Assembly: GCA_023261845.1 (NCBI GenBank)
Contig: JALNJZ010000005.1
Span: 39,237-103,236 of the forward strand
DNA: 64,000 nt
Direction: 5' to 3'
From: Candidatus Terraquivivens tengchongensis
GTDB taxonomy: Archaea; Thermoproteota; Nitrososphaeria_A; Caldarchaeales; Wolframiiraptoraceae
Positions 50,144 to 60,564 of the stretch are shown here, in pieces. Each line of letters starts with the position of its first letter. The stretch's first letter is position 1. A model generated the notes under the pieces. The model saw nothing but the letters and a program-made list of their open reading frames with translations. It was not told the origin of the DNA and searched no databases. The position numbers and the translations under genes are program-made.

Positions 50144-50227
50144 CTAGGGGTTTTATTAATTCATGCTGTTTATATAGGTTAAACTCTCCGTCCATTATTC
50201 TCTGGGCTTTACGTCGGCTCTCGCATT

Positions 50228-50656
50228 TTATGTATCCGGGCAAAGCTCCTTCTCATCAAAAAATATTCTGACCTCCCTTTCGTAAGACTCCGGACTGTCG
50301 CATGCATGTATCAGGTTGTCGGTCTTATCCAGCGCTAGGTCGCCCCTTATAGTTCCAGGGCTTGCCTCGGCAGGGTCCGTGGCACCTATTATCCTCCTCA
50401 CGACCCCTATGGCATCCCTACCCTCGACGACCATAAGAACGACCCTATCGCTCGTCATGAATGATACTAATTCGTCGTAGAACGGCTTTCCTAGGTGTTG
50501 TTGATAGAGTTCCTCAACTTTTTCCCTTGGAAGCTTTGCGATCTTTAGCTGGAGTATCTTTAAACCTTTTTTCTCAAACCTCGAGATTATCTCACCTACG
50601 AGGCCTCTCTTTAGGCAACTAGGCTTAAGTATTATGAAGGACCTTTCAACACCCAT
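50228..50656 (-). CDS. ndk: Nucleoside diphosphate kinase
   Basis: ERSFIILKP, GATDP, PGTIRGD, NLIHACDS. Confidence 0.95.
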   Translation of the reverse strand: MGVERSFIILKPSCLKRGLVGEIISRFEKKGLKILQLKIAKLPREKVEELYQQHLGKPFYDELVSFMTSDRVVLMVVEGRDAIGVVRRIIGATDPAEASPGTIRGDLALDKTDNLIHACDSPESYEREVRIFFDEKELCPDT

Positions 50657-50682
50657 TTCTGCATCCTCCTGCTTTAGGATAT

Positions 50683-50874
50683 CTAAGCACGCCTCTCCTT
50701 GCCGTAAAACTCCGTCCATTTAATCTTTCTGGGGTCCTTCTTGTGCTCGAGCATGTAGACCCTGCACTTCCTAGAGCAAAACCAAAAAGTGGAGCCGTCA
50801 TTCTTTACAAATAGTATCCCACTACCGTGCAAGAACGTTCTTCCGCAGAAAGAACATCTATGCATAGTTGGCAT
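50683..50874 (-). CDS. rpl24e: 50S ribosomal protein L24e
   Basis: CSFCG, G.G..FVKNDG, FCSRKC, PRKIKWT. Confidence 0.95.
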   Translation of the reverse strand: MPTMHRCSFCGRTFLHGSGILFVKNDGSTFWFCSRKCRVYMLEHKKDPRKIKWTEFYGKERRA

Positions 50875-50906
50875 GGGCTTCTCATCCCACCATCGCTTGA
50901 ATGCTA

Positions 50907-51140
50907 CTACTTTATCTTTTCTGCCTCACGTTCTGTATCCAACAGCAGAAGTATATCGCCAACCCTGACAGGGCCCTTCACGTTTCTCGATATTACCCTA
51001 CCCTGGTACTTACCCTTGAGTATTCGAACCCTAACCTGAGTAACCTCTCCTGTAACTCCTGTCCTCACCACAATCTGCTCGACTACTGCCGGCACTGGCT
51101 CTTCAACTGGTGGAGGCGCTTTCTCGCTCATTCCGGTCAC
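50907..51140 (-). CDS. rps28e: 30S ribosomal protein S28e
   Basis: [30 protein letters not shown]. Confidence 0.96.
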   Translation of the reverse strand: MTGMSEKAPPPVEEPVPAVVEQIVVRTGVTGEVTQVRVRILKGKYQGRVISRNVKGPVRVGDILLLLDTEREAEKIK

Positions 51141-51529
51141 TTTGACTTACCGGATCTTATTTCTGTTACTTTTTTAGCTATCTCCTCAATGTAACCTTTT
51201 GCATCGCCTGGGTCTATTATAGAAACTGAACTTGCGGCAACCGATATACCGGCAACCTCGCCTAACTCCTTCTTGGATGGGACGAACATGTAGGGTATCT
51301 TCTTCTCATCGCATAGCGCAGGCAGAAAGGCGACGATCTCGGGCGGGTCAACATCTGTCGCAATTACAACGAATTTAGCCTGTCCTCTCTCGATGGACTT
51401 TATCACCTCGTTAACACCCTTACGGGTCCTTCCTGTAAGTCTCGCGATCTTTACAGCCTCCAGAGTTGCCTTAACTAACTCCTCAGGCGGGTTAAAAGTC
51501 ACATAATAAGCTCCTGTAGCAGACTTCAT
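51137..51529 (-). CDS. rpl7ae: Ribosomal/RNP protein L7Ae
   Basis: [33 protein letters not shown]. Confidence 0.96.
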   Translation of the reverse strand: MKSATGAYYVTFNPPEELVKATLEAVKIARLTGRTRKGVNEVIKSIERGQAKFVVIATDVDPPEIVAFLPALCDEKKIPYMFVPSKKELGEVAGISVAASSVSIIDPGDAKGYIEEIAKKVTEIRSGKSK

Positions 51530-51551
51530 CAGCTTCTCCCCTCAGCCCGCT
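51518..51551 (-). promoter_or_regulatory. K-turn over the L7Ae ribosome-binding site and start codon
   Basis: mRNA AGCGGGCU-GA-GG(GGAGAAG)CU-GAU-GA-AGUCUGCU: 8-bp NC stem, tandem G.A pairs, 3-nt bulge. Confidence 0.75.
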
Positions 51552-51656
51552 TGCACCACTTCCTACCTGTAGAAATTAGGCTTCTATTTATCTGTATAGC
51601 TGTCAAGGCTTGCCCCCTCTGAAAAGACGAATTAATACTTTTTAGCGCCCCATAGG

Positions 51657-53381
51657 ATGGGCATGATGATGGAAATACGGGCGCTGATCCTTAAGTGGGC
51701 TCTAAAGAACGCTATAGAGCATGATGGTAAAGCCATTGTAAAGGCAGTCGTATCGAAAGTGCTCGGCGAGAACCCTGAGCTCAGGAACATGATCGGAGAA
51801 GTGTTAAAGTTAGCTGAGGATGTCGTGAGAAACGTTAACCAGATGGGAATTGAGCAGCAGACAAAGATGCTGGAAGAGATAGCACCAACGTTGCTTGAGA
51901 AACATAAACCAAAAGAGAAGAGGCTGCCGCCATTACCGTATGCAGAACCCGGTAAAGTCGTCACAAGATTGCCGCCAGAGCCGAGTGGCTACATGCATAT
52001 TGGGCATGCGATGAGCGGTATTTTGAACTACATGTACGCTAAGATGTACGACGGGAAACTTTGGCTCAGGTTCGAGGATACAAACCCAAGAAAGGTCAAG
52101 CTCGAATATTATGAAAATTTTAGGAAGGGTTACAAATGGTTTGGGATAGAGTGGGACTATGAGAAGTGTAATTCAGAAGATTTGGATTTGTACTACGAGT
52201 ATGCGAACGAGTTGATAAGAAGGGGCTTAGCATACGTTTGTTCCTGTAGCAGAGAAGAGATGAGTAGAGGAAGGTTCATGATGACAGAATGCGCACACAG
52301 GCAACAACCTGTCGAAGTAAACGTGTCATTGTGGAAAGACATGCTCTCAGGAGCGTTGAAAGAGGGGACAGCCGTTCTCAGACTAAAAGGGGACATGACG
52401 AGTAAGAATACGGTGATGCGGGACCCAGCACTGTTTCGTATAATTGAACACCCACACCCAATTGTGGGCGATAAATACAGGGTCTGGCCTACGTACGATA
52501 TCGCTGCTGCCATAGAGGATGCTATTTGCGGCGTGACACATGTTTTAAGAAGTAGCGAGTTTGCTTTGCGCGATGAGTTGCAGAACTACATAAGGTCTTT
52601 ATTGGGTTTACAAAATCCGGTTTTTGTAGAGTACTCTCGGTTTGAGTTCAAGGGCACACCTTTGGCTAAGAGGGAGATAAGGCGTCTGATAGAGCAGGGA
52701 ATAGTATCCAGATGGGACGATCCTAGGTTGGCGACGGTTGATGGAATAAAGAGAAGGGGGTTGTTGCCCGAGGCGATAAAGGAGTTTACCATATCTCAGA
52801 CGGGACTAACGTATACAAAAAGAGTCTATGCATGGGAGCTCTTGTATGCCATAAATAGACGCATGCTAGACCCAATCACGAAGAGGTACTTCCTTGTTCC
52901 CGATCCAATTTTGGTAGAAGTCGAAGGTGCGCCAGAGCTTCATGTTAAGTTGCCATATCATCCATCAGAACCGCTCGGCAAGAGGTCGGTACATACCGGC
53001 AACAAATTCTACATACCAAGGAAGGACGTGCAAGGACTTAAGGAAGGCGATGTTCTCAGACTCAAGTATCTATACAACATTTCGATAAGGGAGGTTACTA
53101 AAGATTCGGTGAAGGCAACATTTGTGAGTAGAGATGTGCTCGAAGGCGTGCCGATAGTTCAGTGGGTGACCGAAGATTACGTCAAGGTCAAGGTTTTAGT
53201 GCCAGACGTTCTGTATCAAGAAAACGGGCAGTTGAACCCTGATAGCCTAAAGACCATACATGCATTTGGGGAAAAAGCGTGTACAGAGATTAAATGCGGA
53301 GAGAGGGTTCAGTTTGAACGTTTCGGTTTCTGCATAAGAGACGATGCGAATGTCTTAGATTTCATATTCATACATGCTTAA
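51657..53381 (+). CDS. gltX: Glutamyl-tRNA synthetase
   Basis: PPEPSGYMHIGH, RFEDTNP, MRDP, WPTYD, WDDPRL, QFERFGF. Confidence 0.96.
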   Translation: MGMMMEIRALILKWALKNAIEHDGKAIVKAVVSKVLGENPELRNMIGEVLKLAEDVVRNVNQMGIEQQTKMLEEIAPTLLEKHKPKEKRLPPLPYAEPGKVVTRLPPEPSGYMHIGHAMSGILNYMYAKMYDGKLWLRFEDTNPRKVKLEYYENFRKGYKWFGIEWDYEKCNSEDLDLYYEYANELIRRGLAYVCSCSREEMSRGRFMMTECAHRQQPVEVNVSLWKDMLSGALKEGTAVLRLKGDMTSKNTVMRDPALFRIIEHPHPIVGDKYRVWPTYDIAAAIEDAICGVTHVLRSSEFALRDELQNYIRSLLGLQNPVFVEYSRFEFKGTPLAKREIRRLIEQGIVSRWDDPRLATVDGIKRRGLLPEAIKEFTISQTGLTYTKRVYAWELLYAINRRMLDPITKRYFLVPDPILVEVEGAPELHVKLPYHPSEPLGKRSVHTGNKFYIPRKDVQGLKEGDVLRLKYLYNISIREVTKDSVKATFVSRDVLEGVPIVQWVTEDYVKVKVLVPDVLYQENGQLNPDSLKTIHAFGEKACTEIKCGERVQFERFGFCIRDDANVLDFIFIHA

Positions 53382-54469
53382 AGCCTAATTTTTGGATGTC
53401 TTATGCCCCTTTGCTTAACCCACTCTAACAGACGGCCCGTTATCACGACCTCTGCCTTCTTGAGAGACTCTATATCCTGACAGCCCATCAAAAACATGGC
53501 AGTCTTCAGCTCCAAAATTATCTGCTTTAGCGCCATTATGACTCTCTCTGAGCCTACCACGGCATGGTGAAGCAACGGTCGAGCTATACCGGCCATGCTT
53601 GCGCCTATTGCGATGGCTTTAGCAACATCCAGACCACTCCTTATGCCACCTGACGATATTATCGGAATTTTCGTTGACGTGCAAGCTTCTATTGTAGCCG
53701 CGGCCGTTGGTATCCCCCACTCTAAAAAGGTCTTTCCTATGGCCGCATTTTCGAGGAAGCCCCTCTCCAATGCTCTTATCCTCTCGATCAACACCCAGTT
53801 AGTACCGCCTGCACCACCCACATCTACTACGGCCACACCTATTTCCTCAAGTCTTCTTGAAAGTTCACCAGATATTCCACATCCGACCTCCTTCACGATG
53901 ACGGGGACTGGCAGACTTTCCACAACTTTTTTTATCGCGTCTAGCACACCTTTGAAAGAAGTTGTGCCATGAGGTTGAACGATTTCATGGAGAGGGTTAA
54001 GGTGTATTGCGAGTGCGTTTGCATCAATCATTCTGACAACTTCTTCTGCTAACTTCACACCACCTTCGACTAATTGAACACCGCCTATGTTGGCGATAAG
54101 GAAAATGTCCGGCGCTACGTCTCTTACAATCTTAAAGCTTTCTGCAAGCTCAGGTTTCTCAACGGCAGCCCTCTGGCTTCCTAATTCCATGGGTATGTTG
54201 AGTTCTAAGGCCGCCATTGCTAAGTTTCTGTTTATTGTCTCTGTGCCTTTTGCTCCTCCCGTCATGCCTTCTATCAGGATTGGTGCAGAGAACTTCCTAC
54301 CAAGAAACTCTGTCGAAGTGTCAACGTCAACATAGTTTAGTTCTGGTGCGGCAACATGTATAAGCTCTACAAACTCAAACCATGTTGTCTTCTGCTTAAA
54401 TTCAACATCCTTCTCCAAGCAAATCCTTATGTGGTCAAGCTTCCTAACCTCTATGCTACTTTCGCCCAT
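53378..54469 (-). CDS. fni: Type 2 isopentenyl-diphosphate isomerase
   Basis: RKLDH, MTGG, GSQR, HLN, KEVGCG, GAGGTNW, SGGIRSG. Confidence 0.95.
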   Translation of the reverse strand: MGESSIEVRKLDHIRICLEKDVEFKQKTTWFEFVELIHVAAPELNYVDVDTSTEFLGRKFSAPILIEGMTGGAKGTETINRNLAMAALELNIPMELGSQRAAVEKPELAESFKIVRDVAPDIFLIANIGGVQLVEGGVKLAEEVVRMIDANALAIHLNPLHEIVQPHGTTSFKGVLDAIKKVVESLPVPVIVKEVGCGISGELSRRLEEIGVAVVDVGGAGGTNWVLIERIRALERGFLENAAIGKTFLEWGIPTAAATIEACTSTKIPIISSGGIRSGLDVAKAIAIGASMAGIARPLLHHAVVGSERVIMALKQIILELKTAMFLMGCQDIESLKKAEVVITGRLLEWVKQRGIRHPKIRL

Positions 54470-54514
54470 GTGGACCTTAAAGCTTAACAACTGTCTCTGA
54501 TAAATACGTGACGG

Positions 54515-55297
54515 TTATGTTACCTTAACTCTTGTGCCGACAACCTTCTGTCCTTTAATTACCGCCTCTATGCGGCCTGGAACGAGTCCGTTTATTATAT
54601 AAACATCCACGCCGTGCCTTGCTGCCGCGAGTGCCTCTTCAACTTTATAGAACATGCCACCAGTCACATCACCTTCCGTTGGTTCATATTTTATGTTCAT
54701 ATGAACTCTCTCGGTTAACTCCTCTATAAGAAAGCGCCGTGAGGTCTCCCTATCAAAACCGTAAACACCATCCACATCTACAGCAAAGATGAGCTGCTTA
54801 GCTTTGAGTCTCATGGCAATGTATGATGCTAATGTGTCGCCGGAGAGTATTGTAAACTTCAACTTCCTATCAAACACGGCATCACCATACATAACCGGTA
54901 CGAGGCCTATCTCCATAGCCGAGAAGATTGGGTCAAAGTTGCACGTCTCTATATCGCCATTGTTTGTGGTAACGGTACACGATGGCGGTATGCCTATTAC
55001 TGGAAGGTTTGCATCGCTAAGCGTAGACACTACGAGGTCGTTGAGCCTCCTCATCGCACTGACGGTCTCCACGAAACCCTTGAGCTGTTCAGCCCTCTGG
55101 TAGCCCTTCTTTATTTCATATGCCTCGGCTATTGGATGACCGAACGAGCCTCCTCCATGAACGATGACGAGTGGTGCAGGCCAGCTCGACTTTAACTCCT
55201 TGCCTATTCTCAGAACAACGTCCCGGTTAAAAGAGAACGGTTCCCGCTTATTCGTTATAATAGAGCCTCCGAGCTTTAACACTATCAGCCTTCCCAT
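54515..55297 (-). CDS. ipk: Isopentenyl phosphate kinase
   Basis: LKLGGSIIT, HGGGSFGH, GD, SGD, DVTGGM; in the MVA cluster. Confidence 0.92.
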   Translation of the reverse strand: MGRLIVLKLGGSIITNKREPFSFNRDVVLRIGKELKSSWPAPLVIVHGGGSFGHPIAEAYEIKKGYQRAEQLKGFVETVSAMRRLNDLVVSTLSDANLPVIGIPPSCTVTTNNGDIETCNFDPIFSAMEIGLVPVMYGDAVFDRKLKFTILSGDTLASYIAMRLKAKQLIFAVDVDGVYGFDRETSRRFLIEELTERVHMNIKYEPTEGDVTGGMFYKVEEALAAARHGVDVYIINGLVPGRIEAVIKGQKVVGTRVKVT

Positions 55298-55362
55298 ACT
55301 CTTTGACCGCAAAAAATTATAAAAAAGTGTTTAATTGGTTTTACTGAACAGACCTGTTCTGC

Positions 55363-55770
55363 TTACGTTCTGGATATGATTGGTCGGAACTTATAACCAT
55401 AGTATATTATACCGTGCTCAGATTCTTGTCCTATTAACCTAAATGCCAACTCCACAGGCATGCCGATCTTAACATCCTCCGGCTCACAATCCACTATCTC
55501 TGCGGTGAGTCTGGTACCATCTTCCAGCTCCACAATGGCCATTATGTACGGTCCGTAACCATCCTTCTCAGCCGGCAACATGTGGACGACCGTGTAAGAG
55601 TACACCTTACCAGTCGAAGGAAGTTGGACGGTTTCAATTTTCTCAGAACCACAGACAGGACACACGCTTCTTGGACCTATGCTTGTCTTTCCGCATACCG
55701 TACACTTTGAGCCCAATAATCTATACCTTCTCTCGGCCAACTGCCATATTCTTGGCGACTTTGGCATCAT
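55363..55770 (-). CDS. DUF35 Zn-ribbon/OB-fold scaffold of the thiolase-HMGS complex
   Basis: CTVCG...PR.VCPVCG, GKVYSYT, IGMPV, YGYKFRP; follows the thiolase. Confidence 0.9.
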   Translation of the reverse strand: MMPKSPRIWQLAERRYRLLGSKCTVCGKTSIGPRSVCPVCGSEKIETVQLPSTGKVYSYTVVHMLPAEKDGYGPYIMAIVELEDGTRLTAEIVDCEPEDVKIGMPVELAFRLIGQESEHGIIYYGYKFRPIISRT

Positions 55771-55777
55771 TCTTGAC

Positions 55778-56953
55778 CTACCTCCTCTGCCTTCCGAATA
55801 TATGAACCACACATGTACTTCCAGAGCCGCCGATGTTTTGCGTCATGCCTATCTCGGCATCGGAGACTTGTCTCTTTCCAGCCTCGCCCCTTAGCTGCTG
55901 CACTATTTCGACGATCTGTGCAGCACCTGTCGCGCCTATAGGATTGCCCCTGGCCTTTAGGCCACCGCTTGGGTTGACGGGTATTCTGCCACCGATCTCG
56001 GTCTCGCCCTCTTCTATCATCAAACCTCCCTTTCCCTTTTCGCAAAAGCCCAAATCCTCATACGATATTATCTCCGTGATTGTGAAGCTATCGTGCAGTT
56101 CAGCGACATTGATGTTCTTAGGCTCTATACCAGCCATCTTGTACGCTTGCCTTGATGCTTTCACAGTAGCACTGAACGTAGTTATGTCAGGTCTGTCATG
56201 TAAAGCGATGCTATCTGATGCCGCACCGAATCCAAGCACGTATATGGGCGTGTCGGTATATTTCTTTGCAAGCTCTGCTGAACATAGTACGATGGCAGCC
56301 GCACCATCCGTTATGGGTGAACAATCTAAGACGTGTAACGGGTCGGAAACTATAGGAGAAGTTAACACACGTTCTACCGTAATTTCGAATTGGAACTGTG
56401 CTAACGGGTTCTTTGTTGCATTCCTGTGGTTTTTGACGGAGACCATCGCGAGCTGCTCGGGCTTTGTACCGTATTGAACCATGTGTCTCCTAGCGATCAG
56501 GGCAAAAGCCGCTGGAAGCGTAAGTCCGAAGAATGACTCCCACTCTGCATCCATTGCCTTTGCATATACGCTCGTTGCCTCAGATACCGAGATATCTGTC
56601 ATCTTTTCCACACCGCCGACCATTACTATGTCGTAAATGCCGGACGCGATTGCCATACAAGCTAAGTTAAAAGCCATACCGGACGATGCGCATGCGTTTT
56701 CGATCCTAAATGCAGGCTTGGACTTCAACGACAGATAATCTGCCAAAAGAGGTGCCACGTGTTCCTGTCCTACGAAGCTACCAGCCGAGAAGTTGCCCAC
56801 GAAAAGTGCTTGAACCTCGTCCTTTCCCATGCTTGCGTCTTTGAGCGCCTCATTTGCTGCTTCGACGAATAAGTCCCTGAGTTGCTTATCCCATCTCTCA
56901 CCGAACTTCGTCATCCCAATACCTACGACCGCTACATCACGCAAGCATCTCAC
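55778..56953 (-). CDS. Acetoacetyl-CoA thiolase (archaeal type)
   Basis: ENACASS, GGVEKM, DCSPITDGAAA, ELHDSF, NPSGGLK. Confidence 0.92.
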   Translation of the reverse strand: MRCLRDVAVVGIGMTKFGERWDKQLRDLFVEAANEALKDASMGKDEVQALFVGNFSAGSFVGQEHVAPLLADYLSLKSKPAFRIENACASSGMAFNLACMAIASGIYDIVMVGGVEKMTDISVSEATSVYAKAMDAEWESFFGLTLPAAFALIARRHMVQYGTKPEQLAMVSVKNHRNATKNPLAQFQFEITVERVLTSPIVSDPLHVLDCSPITDGAAAIVLCSAELAKKYTDTPIYVLGFGAASDSIALHDRPDITTFSATVKASRQAYKMAGIEPKNINVAELHDSFTITEIISYEDLGFCEKGKGGLMIEEGETEIGGRIPVNPSGGLKARGNPIGATGAAQIVEIVQQLRGEAGKRQVSDAEIGMTQNIGGSGSTCVVHIFGRQRR

Positions 56954-56954
56954 C

Positions 56955-58028
56955 TCACAACGCTATTTTTCTCCAAAACCTTGCATAGAGGCTATAGTCA
57001 ACATACTTCTTTCTGTTAATGAAGTCCTCGACCTTAGGTGCTAGACCCCTCTTCCTTTCTATACCCTCCGTCACGACTATGCTAAAAGCATCCGACCCAG
57101 CACCAGAACCGAATGACACCAAAAGTATCCTCTGGCCCGGTTTAGCTTGGTCGAGTACTTTACAGAGCCCCGTGGGTGAGGAGCCGGAGTAAAAGTTTCC
57201 CACGATAGGTGACAATAAACCCGGCAACACCTTGCTCTCGCCGAACCCCAATCTTTTGGCAACCTCAACCGGGAACGAGCCGTTGGGCTGATGCGGAACT
57301 ATATAATCGAAATCTTCTGGTGTCATGTTGAGCTCCTTCATTAAACCGGTAGCTGCTGCAATTACATGTCTAAAGTACGCGGGCTCTCCCGTGAACCTTC
57401 CGCCATGCCTTGGGTACTTGATCAAGTCTCTTCTCCAAAAGTCTGGCGTATCTGTACCTACTGAGTACTGCCCTTCAAAATAGGCTACCGGGTCACCTGA
57501 ATTATGACCTATTATGAAAGCAGAGCCACCTGCTGAGGCGGTATATTCCAACACATCACCGGGCAAGGATTGGGAGCAGTCAGCAGCGATCGCAAGTCCA
57601 TACTTAATCATGCCAGACCTCGCTTGGGATATGCAGCTTATAATAGCCTCGGTGCCACCTTTACATGCAAACTCATAATCAGCGAGCCTCACCGACATGG
57701 GAGCGCCTATTGCTGCCGCGACTATCGTTGACGTTGGTTTAACAGCATAGGGTTTCGACTCCGAGCCCGAGTATATCGCTCCTATGTCCTTTGGGTTTAC
57801 TTCGGGCGCTCTCCTTAAGGCATTCCTAGCAGCCTCTACGGCTATGGTAACCTGGTCCTCATCCGGCCCCTTCACGGAGATCTCTTGAACCCTTAACCCC
57901 CTTAACATGTCTAACGATTCGCCCCATGCGCGGGCTATGTCCTCTATCTTAATTCTATATCTCGGTATGTAGGAGCCGTAACCAATTATCACTGTATTTT
58001 TATCTTTGAAGACCGTCATCAAAACCAC
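56955..58028 (-). CDS. Hydroxymethylglutaryl-CoA synthase
   Basis: [42 protein letters not shown]. Confidence 0.95.
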   Translation of the reverse strand: MVLMTVFKDKNTVIIGYGSYIPRYRIKIEDIARAWGESLDMLRGLRVQEISVKGPDEDQVTIAVEAARNALRRAPEVNPKDIGAIYSGSESKPYAVKPTSTIVAAAIGAPMSVRLADYEFACKGGTEAIISCISQARSGMIKYGLAIAADCSQSLPGDVLEYTASAGGSAFIIGHNSGDPVAYFEGQYSVGTDTPDFWRRDLIKYPRHGGRFTGEPAYFRHVIAAATGLMKELNMTPEDFDYIVPHQPNGSFPVEVAKRLGFGESKVLPGLLSPIVGNFYSGSSPTGLCKVLDQAKPGQRILLVSFGSGAGSDAFSIVVTEGIERKRGLAPKVEDFINRKKYVDYSLYARFWRKIAL

Positions 58029-58034
58029 ACCTAC

Positions 58035-59303
58035 CTAAGCAGATCCCCTTAATTTTTGCAATATTTCGATCGCCTTGTCCAGCCTTATAACTCCATCCTT
58101 TACCATCAACTCTGCAACCTTGTCCACTTCATCACCAACAGCTCCGGCCATGACGGCAATATTCTTTGCATGTAAAGACATGTGCCCCTTCTGAATACCT
58201 TCCGCTGCTAATGCCCTTAATGCTGCAAGGTTCTGAGCAAGACCTACTGCTCCAACTACCTCGGCCAACTCGGATGCTGTCTTGACACCAAGTATCTTGA
58301 GGCATAACCTCGCCAGGGAGTTTGTTTTTGTAGCACCACCTACTATGCCTAAGGCCAGTGGCATCTCCAAAGTGCCGACGAGGTCGCCACGTTCATCGAG
58401 TTCCCACTTTGATAAGGGCTCGTATCTTCCGTTCCTCGCCGCATAAGCATGAGCACCCGCCTCCACTGCCCTCCAATCGTTTCCTGTGGCTATGACTACA
58501 GCATCTACACCATTCATTATTCCTTTGTTGTGCGTTGCGGCCCTGTATGGGTCTGCGGCCGCGAAAGCCCACGCGTAAACTATACCTTTCGCCACCTCCT
58601 CTCCTCCGATAGCATCCTTCGGTACGATGGCTTTTGCCCTTACGAGTCTTTTATCGGCTAGATTGGATATTATTCTGAGGTAAACCTTCCCACCAGTTAT
58701 CTGCGAAATGTAAGGAGCGACAGCCTCGGCCATCGTGTTAACGGCATTCGCGCCCATAGCATCCCTTACATCCACAAGAAGATGGACTATGAGCATCGGT
58801 CCTTCAGGAGAATTGATTACTCTCACCTCCAAATCTTTAGCACCGCCTCCAAGACCTACTAGGACTGGGTCTTTCTCGTTGGCTATCTTGAGTATCTCGT
58901 CCTTAACCTTCAACACATCAAACTTTGCACCTTCAATATCCTTAATTCCGACGACTTGAACCTGTCCTATCATCACAGGCGCTGTGCTTATGGAGAATAT
59001 CCCACCACCCTCCCTCATCATTCTCGCAGCATTAGAGGCGGCTGCGACGACCGAGGGTTCCTCGATCACCATCGGTATCAAGTAGTCCTTCCCGTTTATC
59101 AAAAAGTTGGTCGCTATACCTAACGGTAGCCCGAACGTCCCTATAACGTTCTCTATCATCCTGCTTGCTACGGATAAATCCAGCCCACCATGCTTCTTCA
59201 GAAGCTCGACTTCTTCAGGCGTGAGCTCAGCGAATTCCGCTACGTGCTTTAACCTCTCTTCTGGTGAAAGTTGATAAAATCGAGGTATCCTGGACGATTT
59301 CAT
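58035..59303 (-). CDS. HMG-CoA reductase, class II
   Basis: [47 protein letters not shown]. Confidence 0.93.
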   Translation of the reverse strand: MKSSRIPRFYQLSPEERLKHVAEFAELTPEEVELLKKHGGLDLSVASRMIENVIGTFGLPLGIATNFLINGKDYLIPMVIEEPSVVAAASNAARMMREGGGIFSISTAPVMIGQVQVVGIKDIEGAKFDVLKVKDEILKIANEKDPVLVGLGGGAKDLEVRVINSPEGPMLIVHLLVDVRDAMGANAVNTMAEAVAPYISQITGGKVYLRIISNLADKRLVRAKAIVPKDAIGGEEVAKGIVYAWAFAAADPYRAATHNKGIMNGVDAVVIATGNDWRAVEAGAHAYAARNGRYEPLSKWELDERGDLVGTLEMPLALGIVGGATKTNSLARLCLKILGVKTASELAEVVGAVGLAQNLAALRALAAEGIQKGHMSLHAKNIAVMAGAVGDEVDKVAELMVKDGVIRLDKAIEILQKLRGSA

Positions 59304-59461
59304 GATATAATTTTAAAAAAACGTTAGATAAATTTCTTACGTTAACGTAAAAAGATGTTTTGTAACGAAATTCGTAGTAATATCCTTCATGGAAAACATT
59401 TTGGGCAGAGGTTTTCGTGAAATCGTGTTTCAGGTAAGAACATCCGTAATCATGTTTTGTA

Positions 59462-60445
59462 TCAACTTTTTACGAGCTGTACCTTTACGCCGGCGTTATG
59501 CTTCCTAACTATCATCGGCTGTCCACCATTCTCCTCTATGGCTTTGCATACTACAGCCCTTTTGCTTGGTGTCGCCAGGCTTATCATGCAACCACCACCC
59601 CCACCACCTGTCAGCTTACTCCCTAAAGCTCCAGCCTTTCTTGTAGCCTCCACTAACCTATCTAGGGACTCGTGAGAAACACCGATGACCTTAAGCAGCT
59701 CATGGTTCATGTTCATCAGCACTCCTAGAGTCACAAGGTCCATTTCCTTGAACGCCTTTAAGGCTAGGTTCGATATCCAGCTCATGACTCCCATAAGCTG
59801 GCTTATTCCTTCGATCTTCCTGGCTTTCTTCTTGCCTACCATGGATACGAACTTGCCAGTTGAACGTTGTATTCCAGTATTGCCCACAATGAGGACGATG
59901 TCGCGGTCTATCCTCTTCGGTTTACTACCATCCTGTATTCTCCAAACCAGAAGACCCCCATAGACTGATACAAGGGGGTCTATGCCGGAGGGCGTTACGT
60001 GAACGTACCTTTCTGCCTGCAACGATAACCTCCATATCTGTTCCTTATCGATTTCATGACCTAAAACCTTACTGACCGCTGCCACTGTAGCCACAGATAT
60101 TGCTCCCGATGAGCCCAGACCTACGGACGACGGGATTGTGGAATACACACCTATGTTTAAACCCTTCTTCTCATCGAAATGCTCTAAGACCGTTTTGGTC
60201 GCTATCCTCACAGGTTCGAGAAAAGTCACGGATTTTTTACCACCCATAAGCGGTTTGGCGGTACCATTTTCGTACTCGCAAGCAAAACCCAAGTCCGAGC
60301 ATATCCTTAACAATCCATCATCTCTAGGAGAGACCAACACCTTAACTGCCCTATCTATAGCCATGACTATGGCAGGCACGTTATAGACCACAAAGTGTTC
60401 ACCGTAAAGAATGACCTTACCTGGTGCTACTGCAACTGCTTTCAA
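59462..60445 (-). CDS. mvk: Mevalonate kinase
   Basis: APGKVILYGEHFVVY, P...GLGSSGA, PSGID, KLTGGGGGGC. Confidence 0.92.
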   Translation of the reverse strand: MKAVAVAPGKVILYGEHFVVYNVPAIVMAIDRAVKVLVSPRDDGLLRICSDLGFACEYENGTAKPLMGGKKSVTFLEPVRIATKTVLEHFDEKKGLNIGVYSTIPSSVGLGSSGAISVATVAAVSKVLGHEIDKEQIWRLSLQAERYVHVTPSGIDPLVSVYGGLLVWRIQDGSKPKRIDRDIVLIVGNTGIQRSTGKFVSMVGKKKARKIEGISQLMGVMSWISNLALKAFKEMDLVTLGVLMNMNHELLKVIGVSHESLDRLVEATRKAGALGSKLTGGGGGGCMISLATPSKRAVVCKAIEENGGQPMIVRKHNAGVKVQLVKS

Positions 60446-60564
60446 GGGCCGGTATCCACCTAATCTGTCACTTTTACGTTAAACGTTCACTTATTTTTGT
60501 TTTCGGCTTAACCTACGAAGTTTCGAGATCCGTAATCAATACCATTAATCCTGAGGGTTAAGCG

